Shown: positions 53,560 through 64,000 of the stretch, one piece after another
How positions within the stretch are numbered: position 1 is the stretch's first letter
Layout: each line of letters opens with the position of its first letter
DNA from: Octopus sinensis
Taxonomy: Eukaryota
Direction of reading: 5' to 3'
Length of the DNA: 64,000 bases
Assembly (NCBI RefSeq): GCF_006345805.1
Contig: NC_042997.1
Span: forward strand, 129,518,001 to 129,582,000
Program-made: the position numbers and the translations under genes
The notes under the pieces: model-generated
Database searches by the model: none
The model's input: the letters and a program-made list of their open reading frames with translations, nothing else
What the model was told of the DNA's origin: nothing

Positions 53560-54960
53560 CTCTTTAATCCCTATCATTTCTCACACCATCTCCGATGAAG
53601 GAATATCCATAATATCCCAGAAACAGCTGTAAGACTATTTAATTATAAATGTCCTGAAAACTCCCCACAGCCTTGGATTTGTTATCTCATTCAGTCTAAT
53701 ATATATATATGCATGTTAATACAAGACTCATATTATTGAACCAAGAGTTTAACGACGGTCTATCCACAGCATTTACTTAGCGTTATCCGACCCTCTTTGG
53801 GCCTTCTAGACATTAATACCTCTCATACCCTCGGTTCCTCTCTAATACAAGCCCTTATTTCAGGTAATGCTTCCATAATGGATAAGTAATTCCTTGGCAT
53901 TTCTCTTAAGGACATACCTGTTCCTTCACAAAAGGCTTTCCTCTTAGTCTACCTCACTAAAACTAAGGACCTCATCTGAAGAGTATGATGGAAAGCTTTC
54001 TTCCACGACAATCAAAAATACCAAAGCAATAATAACACCAACACATGCAACCTCAAATATAAATGTGAACTGGTATTGGAACTTACACGCCATGTACAGG
54101 AAACTTCTATACACCATTTTCCTCGAATAATGGAACTGTAACTACAATATCTTATTTCTACTTTCATTCTCTTATTCCCCTCTATATTCCCTATCTTTTC
54201 CACAATAATTCGAACTCAAATATTTTCTCACATCTCTGATGAAGGGATATCCATGATATCCCAGAAACAGCTGTTAAACTATTTCATTATAAATGTCTTG
54301 AAAACTCCTCACAGCCCTGGATTTGTTATCCCATTTTAATATATATATATGTGTGTGTGTGTATATATATATATACACACACATACACACATATATATAT
54401 AAATTGACAGAATGAGATAAAAAAAACAAGGCAGTAAATAGATTTCATAAAATTTATTAAGAAACGGTCTAACAGCTGTTTCTGGGATATTTTATATATC
54501 CCTTCATCAGAGACAGTGTGAGAAAATGTTTGAGTATTAATTATTGTAGAGAAGATATGAAATACAGAGTGAAGTAAGAGAATGAATATAGAAGTGAGAT
54601 AAATAAAGATATTTTATTTGCAGTTCCACAATATCCTTATTTATCTCACTTCTATATTCATTCTCTTACTTCCCTCTGTATTTCATATCTTCTCTACAAT
54701 AATTAATACTCAAACATTTTCTTGTACCACCTCTGATGAAGGGATATACAAAATATCCGAGAAACAGCTATAAGACCTTTTCTTGATGATATGAAATCTA
54801 TTTACTGCCTTGGTTTTTTTTTTTTATCTCATTCTGTCAATTTATATACATGCATGCTAATACATGACCCATGTTGGACTTCTCACTTGTATCATTATTG
54901 AGCCTGGAGCTTAACCACGGTCTATCTATAGCACTTACTTAGCGTTTACCCAATACCTTT
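53560..54960. mobile_element. Cluster of four PLE-type terminal repeats carrying minimal hammerhead motifs
   Basis: Consensus gtct-CTGATGA-agggatat..atatccca-GAAA-CAGCTG-TA-agac at 53587-53635(+), 54231-54279(+), 54467-54514(-) and 54728-54776(+). Confidence 0.75.
54467..54514 (-). ncRNA. Minimal type I hammerhead motif (best preserved of the four)
   Basis: GUCU-CUGAUGA-AGGGAUAU..AUAUCCCA-GAAA-CAGCUG-UU^AGAC. 4-bp stem I, palindromic stem III; A.A at position 10.1-11.1 and a GUU triplet. Confidence 0.6.
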
Positions 54961-55729
54961 TTGGTCTTCCTGACACCAATACCTTTCACACACACATACA
55001 TACATGGTTGTGGAGTTGAAGCAAAATACTTTGACTCCTCTTTATGTAATTAAGTGATTGTGGTCTACATATCTCAAAGCATACACTTGTACTTTGAGTA
55101 GGCCTATATGTTATAACTAGTTTATATTAAAGAATAAAGATATTTTGAGTCGGAGCCAGTATATTTTACTGACTGTGACTCCAGTTACCCCTTAATTGTT
55201 TCCGGCTCTGCAGCCCTGCGTATACACACACACACACACACACATATATATTGGTCTGTTCATTTTATGTAAGTTTTTCCAGGCTAGCATATGTAAGACA
55301 AATACATATCATTGAGGTGTTATTTTAAAGCTAGATGCCCTTCCTGCCACTAACCCTTAGCTGTTTATCAAGTAAAAGAGTGTTCATTCCACTTGGTTTT
55401 GACTGCAGGCTACCAGACAAATTGTTAGTAATGTCAGTGTTGGCATCCATAACTCAGTGATCATACACACACACACAAAACAGTCTATAATAACATTACT
55501 ATTACCACTTTATCAAAAGAATATTTCTTGTTTATGTAATATTCATTTATTCACAATATCTCCTCATCCCCTCCCTCTGTATATATCTATCAGTCATTCA
55601 CCCCTTTGTTTTTCTATTCTAATGTGTCTTATACTGGAAGGATTTTTTGGCTGGATGCTTTTCCTGATGGCAACTCAATTGTTTTTCAAGTAATGGACTT
55701 TTATATTCTACAAGATCTAGTCAACAGTT

Positions 55730-56250
55730 TGTTCCCATGGTGACCTAATTAACAGTGGAGATAGCACAGTCGCCAGAGTGAGAACAGATTGGAAAAAGCT
55801 CAGGGAGCTATTACTTCTGCTGGCAACAAAATGCCTCTCCCTCAGTTTGAAGGGCAGATTGTATGAAGCTTGAGGGCAAAGTCCAATGTTACATGAATTT
55901 GTAAATCAAAGGATTTGCAAAGATTAGATGACAAAAGCATACTTTGCTGGATGTGTAATGTTAGTGTACATTAATAATGAAGTACAGAGGACTTGAGAAA
56001 AAAGCTTTGTATAAAAGGAATCAGATATAGTATGTAAGAGAGAAAACTGTGCATGTGCATGTGATACTTAAGATGACAGCCAAGCACTCAAAATGGATGG
56101 TGCCTGTGAAAGAAGATCTAGAAAGACATGGAACACAGTTGTGAAAACTGATCTCAAGATGCTGAACCTCACAAAAGAGAGGACAAGGGAATGCAACAAT
56201 TAGTGACATCCAATTCTAGGGAAAACCTCCATTCTTGTGCAAGTATGGCA
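55730..56250 (+). mobile_element. Decayed RTE C-terminal fragment
   Basis: gagtgagaacagattggaaaaagctcagggagctatta...gaagggcagattgtatgaagct. Confidence 0.55.
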
Positions 56251-56703
56251 GAAGCTATTACATTAACTTCTCTCAACACCATGCCTAATGCCATCACTCT
56301 CTTTCCTATTTTTCCCTCTCATTTGTAGGGGCTCTTTGGTCTTGTGATACTTCTATGCAATGTGAAATTGCAGTGATGTTAAGTGATGGGAACATAAATA
56401 AGTCAACACCAGTTGTCAAACACTAACATGCACACTCATATAATATATATATATATATAGGGGAAGAATTCATAAAAAACACAAAACACGAAGACAGGTG
56501 GTGTAGACAACAAACAGATGTCGGGAAGTGAAAAAGTCTTTAACGTTTTGAGCCTACGCTTTTCCACAGAAAGAAACAAGGAGAAAAAGAATGTGTAGTG
56601 GCTAGCGATCTATCATGGTAAATCATGCCACAATGTCACCTGTATGTATATATATATGTAAATAATAATTTTATAAATTTTAAAGTGAAGATACAAAACT
56701 CAC

Positions 56704-56953
56704 ATGTTATTTTTCCATATTTTCCAAATTTCTCTCTTAGTACAGAGCTATGCAAATTAGGTGGTAAATTCCCAACATATATGCGTGTTCCTCGATATCC
56801 AGGCCTTCCAAAGTTCATCACACCTCTGTCTGAATTGTTGCCATCATTTGGTCGACGGCCTCGGTTTTCCATCGGGAAATTACGTTTTATATTATTTGGG
56901 CCTTTGTTATCTTTATCATGAGAAGGGCCACGATTATCAGTGAGATTACTCAT
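56704..56953 (-). CDS. Coding exon (1st visible; exon 56704-56967) of hnRNP C/RALY/NCOA5-like RRM protein; RNP2 motif
   Basis: Acceptor ttatttgttgcAG at 56968, ATG at 56953, donor ACAT|GTGAGT at 56703. Reads MSNLTDNRGP...GTRIYVGNLPPNLHSSVLREKFGKYGKIT, with RNP2 (IYVGNL). The phase-1 end joins the 1557-1664 exon in frame. The frame is open back to the acceptor, so the true start may lie upstream. Confidence 0.88.
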
Positions 56954-57861
56954 TGCATATGCAACACCTGCAACAAATAAATAACAATCATAATAATAAC
57001 AATAATTTACAGGTTATTTAAATATCTTCTTAAAATCAAATACAATTTTAAAGAATGGCCATCAACCTCACCAACTTTTGATGATCACACACTACATCGC
57101 TTGTAGCCCCATCTCTAACCATTTGTCACTCTCCTCTCAAACTCTTATGAAATTGTCCATAATTTCCTTCCTTCTTGATTCACTGTCTATATTCTCCCTT
57201 ACACTCACATTCTTGTACCATGACAGTATACTCTGACACACCATCATCTTTATCTCCATTCCAGATACTCTCACCCACCCTCACATAATGCAAGGTAGTC
57301 ACATATTATTTACAAAGCCAGACACCTGTGCTTATCACTATTATACTTTAACCCTTGCACCTGGCATAAATTACCTCTTGCTCTCTCAAATACCCATTCA
57401 CTCAGTTGAGGAGGCTTTTTGCTTCTCATAATCTGGCAAGTTACTTGGTGACCTCATTAGTGCTAGTGTCACAAGAAAAAAAAAAGAAAGAAAAAGGCAC
57501 CTAGCACATTTTGTAAAGTGGTTGGTGTTAGGAAGAGCTTTCAGCTGTAGAAATCACAACAAAGCTGACATTGGGACTTGATACAGCATTGTGCCTCTTT
57601 AGATCCTGTCAAACTGTTCAACCAGGAAAATGGGCATTAACTGATAATCTTAATGGTACTTGGTAAATAATGTAGACTTTGTTAATAAATGCTGATAAAG
57701 AATGTAAGAGGCATGTTAATGTACATACATGGCTATTTATTAATTGGGGAACATTTTGTGAGAAGAGCTGCTTATTCATAAAAGCCGTTGAGTCCCTTCA
57801 CTGTCTTTTAGTATCATGTCAGTGATACTTTTTAATTTGATTCTAGCAATGTTCCCTTTAA

Positions 57862-58076
57862 AACCTTTTGTTATCATATTTCTGTTGAAATACACTGCCT
57901 TTGTTTTAATTTTAAAAATGATGAATTTAGTAAAATAACTTAGTCATTATAAAGCTGGTGCTTGGAAAAAAAATTAACATGAAATCTTGAAGGAAGGTTT
58001 TAATTTAGATGACTTTAAACAAGAAGTTAGTATCACAGAACCAGGGCCGATCTCAAGCAGGATTGTACACAAAGGA
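57862..58076. mobile_element. Degenerate piggyBac-type MITE (same family as 62114-62334, opposite orientation)
   Basis: ttaa-a-accttttgtta...cacaaaggattaa ends; the internal ttagtaaaataactt...ttataaagc is the reverse complement of 62230-62265. Confidence 0.6.
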
Positions 58077-58702
58077 TTAAGCTGTATTCTTGTGTATGCA
58101 CAAGTCTTAAAACTAGTACACACACGGTTTGCAAGATGAAATCAAATTATTTTAATTGAAGATGGTTACTTGCAAGGATGTGCACATACTTTGCAAAGAC
58201 AAAATTTACACACCAGCAAATTTCTGTATATAGCCACAATAAAAATTAGAGAGAACATATCTGGAACTTTATCATAACACGATTTACTACAATTATTTGG
58301 GAACATACAAATACTAAGGTACTATTATTTGTGACAATGTGAACAGAAGGGGAATGATGACCAAGAGAGTAAAAACTGAGAGGATGTAATGGAAGAAAGA
58401 CAATAATAGCTACACATTAGTAATTGACAGAAGGTTAAATAGGAAACAGCATGGGCAGAATAAGGGGATAGAACTAAACATGGGTAGTGCTAAGGGCGAG
58501 TTGAGGATGATGGAAAAAGAAGATTCAAATAGGGAAGATTTGATGCTATCCTTTATTACACAGGATTGTAATGAGAATGTGGGAGAGTAGAAGTGTAAAC
58601 AAATACAGAGAGATACTATGTTCATTTATTTGTGAACATACACATTAAGGTACTATAAGTATTTATCTGAATAAAGACACACTGAAGTATTATATTTATT
58701 TG

Positions 58703-59680
58703 CTAGCAGAGATACCCGGTGTTGCTCGGGACTAAAATGGCATAGTTTGTGTATATATTACAGTTATGTTGAAACAGGTGATACGGGAAAGTGCAGCATT
58801 GATGACAAAACATTTGTGGAGTAAATGATGGGCTAATTCGACTAAGCGACATGCCATGCGTCTGTTGGGAATATTCCAGGCCCTAACCTGTCATGGAAAA
58901 TTGGGGGTGGGGTTATGTGATTTTTTTAATACACCAAAAAGCTGTCCAGTGGATCTACTCTCCTTTGCGGCAGTCGTTGCTGCATCTAACACAACTCATT
59001 GTCTGAAGTTTTGACACCTTCTTTGGGTTTGTTGTCTTTCATCACTCATAAAGTAAATTTGGAGGAACTGTGGTTGTTCATTTGTGGGTAACAGGGAACC
59101 AATGAGGTGATAGACTTGTCCTTGAAATTTGAACATTGGCATAAATCCATGTTCAACTATCTTCTTAGATGCACAAAACAATGTCATCTGAAATGCAGAA
59201 TTGTATCGTCTGGTATTGTTCAGAAAATCCTTTGAATGGATGGAAGGGCCTTCCAGAAGATCCATAAGAGGTTGAGGATGAGCTGGTAGTGCTGGTACTC
59301 TTACCATACCAGCTGAGCAGCACATGCCATTAGTTTCATTTGGAAATTTTAAAGCTTTGCAGAAATGACAATTTAAGTTTAGCACAACAATTTGGACAAA
59401 ATTATCATTTTTATAAGAATGGGATGGATCATATCTGAAAGCAGCTCCAGGAGTTGTGAAGAACAAATTTGTACATAGTCTGTTACTGAGAGCTATTCTA
59501 TTGGACCGCTGTCTAATCATTAAAATGTTATTTTAATGATCCAGTATTAAGTGCTGCAGTATGCATTTGCCGATTGGGGGAAAGTCTCATCTCCCTTCTC
59601 TCTTGTGAGTCTACCTGACGTGCTGCAGCATGCCTTTGCTGATCTTGAGAAAGTCTCATCTCATTTGTCTGTGAGGTCCA
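58703..59680 (-). mobile_element. Internally deleted Helitron (Rep N-terminal fragment + 3' end)
   Basis: ORF 58996-59520 CHFCKALKF...MCCSAG...FLNNTRRYNSAFQM...QGQVYHLIGSLLP...FLQIYF is a typical Helitron N-terminal region. On the same strand the 3' terminus reads CCCG-agcaacac-CGGG, 8 nt, CTAG at 58703. Confidence 0.85.
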
Positions 59681-60317
59681 ATGTTTGAAGGGTGCTTTTT
59701 ACATCCCAGTTACGTGACACTGACATCGACCACAACTATGATGTGATTGTTTAGTTCTAGAATGACACTGTAGAGTAAGTGTGAGAAGCTGGATCTCATC
59801 AGTTTGAACATAGAACAGGGACAATATTTGGGATGGATTAAATGCTAAAAGGTTATGAAAGCCTTAATTCACAAATAAAATGCATACTACCATAACATCA
59901 TCTCAATGACAAAGAGCCAAAAGTTTCTTATATGACAAGAATCAAACTGATGTCAAATCTCTTTCTTACACAGTGTAAATTTTAATTAAAAACGTATTTC
60001 AGAGGGCCACCTGCTAAACTTGCGTGTGAGAAAGAGTTCATGGCAACTAACTTATAGTCCACAGGACTTTATGAATGGTACACTTAACGAAAAGTTACCT
60101 TGGATTGTAGTAGTGCAGCCTTACCAAATGATTGAGGAGTCATGTTTCATGGCTGACTTCTCAAAGAAGGTTGCCCATGCCTGATATATACAGTGTAGTT
60201 TTTGACAAGATAATAAACTCATTCAAATTCTACAAGCTTGCTTTCTCTGTTTCACTTTTCTCCAGCACATATTAAAACCAAAATTGCTAGGGAGAACATT
60301 AGATGATGGATCTTAAT

Positions 60318-62400
60318 CATCATCGTTGGTTAACATCCACTTTCCATGCTGGCATAAGTTGGATGGTCTAACTGAAACCTGGCAAGCCAGGAGGCCACAC
60401 CAAGCTCCAATCTGATTTGGCAAAGTTTCCATAGCTGGATGCTCTTCCTAACACCAACCACTCCAAAAGTGTAGTGGGTGCTTTTTATGTGCCACTGGTA
60501 CAGGAGCCAGTCAGGCAACACTGGCATTGGCCATGCTCAATGGATGCTTTTTATGTGCCACCAGCCATGCTCAAAGGGTGCTTTTTATGTGCCACCAGCC
60601 ATGCTCAAAGGGTGCTTTTTATGTGCCACCAGCTACGCTCAAAGGGTGCTTTTTATGTGCCACCAGCTACGCTCAAAGGGTGCTTTTTATGTGTCATTGG
60701 CATGGAAGCCAGTCAGGCAGCACTGGCATCAGCCACATTCAAATGGTGCTTTTTACGTGCCAGTCAGGTGGCACTGGTCGATGCCAGTGCCACCTACAAT
60801 TTCACTCAGTTCAACAGGTCTTCAAAAGCATGGCATATCACCCAACGACTGAAAGGTGCTTTTAAATGAGCCAGTTATGCAACACTGATATTAGCCATGA
60901 CTACAATCTCACTTGGCTTGCTAGGTCTTCTCAAGCATGATATATCTCCAAAGGTCTCGGTTGCTTGTCATTGTCTCTGTGAGGCCCAGCATTTAAAGGT
61001 TATGCTTCACCACCTCATCCCATGTCTTCCTGGGTCTACCTCTTGCACAGGTTCCCTCCATTGTTAGGGTGTGACACTTCTTCACACAGCTGTCCTCATC
61101 CATACACATCACATGACCACAGTCGTCTTTCTTGCACACCACATCTGATACTTCTTATGTCCAACTTTTCTCTCAGGGCACTTACAACTCTGTTGTGTAT
61201 GCAGCATACTAGCTTCATTTCTTTCAAGCTTACACATGTCCTCAGCAGTCACAGCCCATGTTTCACTGCTGTGTAGCAAGGCTGCTCACACACAGGCATC
61301 ATAGTCTACCTTTCATTTCGCGCGAGAGACCCTTTGTTACCAGCAGAGGTAGGAGCTCTCTGAACTTTGCCCAGCCTATTTTTCTGTACATTTTCAGTGT
61401 TTATTGTACCTGTGCATCTGCCACTCACAAAAACTATCTTCCCAGTTAATTTTCTTTTTATATTACTGCACCTCTTATGTGTTGATAGCTTACACCAGGT
61501 ACACCTTATGGAGTTTCTACCTACATTTTTCCTACAGATCAAGCAGGATCATTTACCTGAAGGTATTTGTGATTTGTTTGCCTTCCTACTTATTAAGACA
61601 CTGGTTTTTGCTAGGTTAACTCTAAAGACCTTACAGATCTTGCTTCAACACCTGAAATTTCTCTAGTTCTTATAGTGAATCAAGTCATTAGCATAGAAGA
61701 GCTCCTAGGGGCAGCTTGTCTTGAATTCCTCCGTTATTGCCTGGAGGAATATGATGAACAAGAGAGGGCTGAGGACTGATCCTTAGTGAAGCCTACTTCT
61801 ATGTGGAATTCTTTGCTATACTTGTTGCGAATCCTCATCTTCCTGGTAGCATTTCTGTACATGGTTTCTACAGCTCTCACCAACCATTCATCTATCCCTA
61901 GTTTCCTCATTGACCACCAGATAAGTGATCGGGGGACTCTGTCAAAAGTTTTCTCCATGTCAACAAAAGCCAAGTACAGAGGTTTATCTTTGGCAAGGAA
62001 TTTCTCTTGCAGCTGTCTTATCAGAAGTATAGCATCAGTGGTAACTCCTTTGAGTATCACTTGGTTAACTATACAGGTGACTAGACTATAGCCTACACCG
62101 CCAGATACTTTAACCCTTTTGTTACCAACCCGGCTGAAACCGGCTCTGGCTCTGTAGTACAAATGTTTAGTTTTCATAAGTTTTGCATTAAAATCTACCA
62201 CCAAATCTTAGTCACAATTTATGTTCCTAACACAAGCTTAATGATAACTAAGTTATTTTACTAAATTCTTTGTTATATTTAAAATAACTGAAAGAAACAC
62301 AGAGCTTCTCAAAATAAATACAGTAACAAAAGGGTTAAGCACCTGAGCAGTGATTCCTGATGGGATCATTAAACTAATTTTGATAAAGCTAAAATTAGCC
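60318..62400 (-). mobile_element. 5'-truncated, internally deleted RTE LINE
   Basis: FVDMEKTFDRVPRSLIWWSMRKLG (61734-62204); 3' UTR with 34-bp tandem repeats at 60530-60690; tail at ~60320. Confidence 0.85.
62114..62334. mobile_element. piggyBac-type MITE with TTAA target-site duplication
   Basis: TTAA|CCCTTTTGTTAC...GTAACAAAAGGG|TTAA, a perfect 12-bp TIR. Removing it restores the interrupted RTE sequence (gatactttaa-gcacctgagcag). Confidence 0.9.
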
Positions 62401-62499
62401 TTAATGGTTTTTTTTTTCACAGCCTAATTATGTACTTCATTGAGTGTAGCAGGGGTCAGTTACTTTTGAATAAATACAGTACCTCTGTTCAAATAAGAA

Positions 62500-64000
62500 G
62501 TAGGTCTTGGTTCCTGCAATGAGGAGGGAATCAGACTGCTGGAGTTCTGTGATGCAAATGATCTTATTGTTTCTAATACTAACTTCAGGAAACCTGCCAG
62601 TCACCTAGTCATCTACCGGTCTGGTAGACACACTAGTCAGATTGACTACATCCTCACCAGGAAACGGGAAAGATGGCTACTTAAAAATGCCGAAACCTTC
62701 CCAGGTGAAGAATGCACCTCACAACATAGGTTAGTAGTTAGTAACTTCAGGATCAGGGCTAAATGGATGCCCAGAAGATGACCAGCATGGAAAAGAAAAG
62801 TCTGGAAGCTTAAGAATCCTGTGAATGGACAGATTTAGAGACGTATTACTCGAAGCTTTTGATGAAATAGAGGGGGTATAGCTTCACTTAATGTGGAAGA
62901 CAACTGGAGGTTTCTACGGGACAACCTGTTGAAGGTTACTGACGAAATCTGTGGATGGTGTAAAGTCCCCTCTCAACCTGAGGTAATGTGGTAGTGAAAC
63001 AATGTAGTTGACAGGGCCATTAGGGAAAAGAAACAGGCATGGAAAGACTGGCAGAACGGTGGTAGCAGGGAACTGTATCAGATTGCCAGAAGGGAAGTTA
63101 GGAGACAGGTTTACTTAGCCAGAGGGGAAGCAGATAAGAGAAAATTTGCCAATGTTATGCATCATGAGGACCAAGGATTCATGTTACAAGACAGTGTGTA
63201 AGGGAGAATTGTGATGTCATAGGAAAGAAATGTGTCTGCATGGATAATGGCTCACTTGCATTTAAGGAGGCTGCAAAGAGAGAAACTTGGAGACACCACC
63301 ATGAAAGGTTGCTAGATGAAGAGAATGAATGGGAGTCTGCCAAATATCGAGCCAACAGAGGGATCAGCCATCCAAATTGACAGTACCTTGGTAGATAAAG
63401 CAATTAAGGGTATGAAGACAGGGTAAGCCCTTGGTCCATCATAAATCACCACAGAGATGCTTAAAATATCTGGTGGCGTTGGTCATAGTCTAGTCACCTG
63501 GGAGTCAATCAGATGTTACATGAAGGAGTCATACCCAATGACTGGTGTAGTAGCACCATAGGCAGTTACGACAAAGGTAAAGGTGATGCATTAGATAGGA
63601 ATAATTACAGAGGTATCATTTTGTTGGATCAGGTGATGGAAGTCATGGAGAAGGTCAAAGCTAGGGAGAGAGTCAGTTTAGATGAGATGCAGTTTGGGTT
63701 TGTGCCAGGGAGAAGCACCACTGATGCTATATTTCTGGTAAGACAGCTGCAGGAGAAATACCTAGCCAAAGATAAACATCTGTACTTGGCTTTTGTTGAC
63801 ATGGAGAAAACCTTTGACAGAGTTCCCCAATCCCTTATCTGGTGGTCAATGAGGAAACTAGGGATAGATGAGTGGTTAGTGACTGCTGTACAAGCCATGT
63901 ACAGGGATGCTGTCAGTATGGTGAGGGTTGGCAATGAGTATCGTGAAGAATTCTGGGAAGGGGTAGGGGTCCACCAAGGATCAGTCCCTAGCCCCCTCTT
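62500..64000 (+). mobile_element. RTE LINE (APE C-terminus into RT), runs off the window end
   Basis: actgctggagttctgtgatgcaaatg...FVDMEKTFDRV...GVHQGSV; collinear with the 33-37 kb copy. Confidence 0.9.

Noticed and set aside
56520-56580. Possible hammerhead on the minus strand (ctgtgga-aagcgtaggct-caaaacgtta)
   Set aside because: Both catalytic cores are broken (no CUGANGA, no GAAA); at most a fossil.
56636-56703. C-terminal part of the predicted 105-aa ORF (CEFCIFTLK...)
   Set aside because: Read-through into the intron past the GTGAGT donor at 56703.

Overview
AT-rich, repeat-dense eukaryotic (animal) genomic DNA. The SINE/RTE families and (TA)n load look cephalopod (octopus-like); this is an inference. 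Most of the window is one 55-kb intron (1665-56703) of a minus-strand gene encoding an hnRNP C/RALY/NCOA5-type RRM protein. Three of its exons (56704-56967, 1557-1664, 504-558) splice in frame into a complete RRM. The intron is filled with RTE, RTE-BovB-like and CR1-like LINEs, tRNA-derived SINEs, a decayed Gypsy element carrying a 1.4-kb tandem duplication, a Tc1 pseudogene, Helitron pieces, Penelope-like elements (PLEs) and microsatellites; a piggyBac-type MITE lies upstream of the first visible exon. The most notable feature is a set of type I hammerhead ribozymes (HHRs). A non-coding 474-nt structured unit at 9601-10732 is arranged as a tandem plus inverted, circularly permuted multimer and carries two intact HHRs on opposite strands (retrozyme-like). 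Further HHRs lie at 41.9 kb and 53.6-54.8 kb next to PLE remnants. A candidate nested antisense gene ends just upstream of the retrozyme-like element. TE boundaries are approximate unless stated otherwise.
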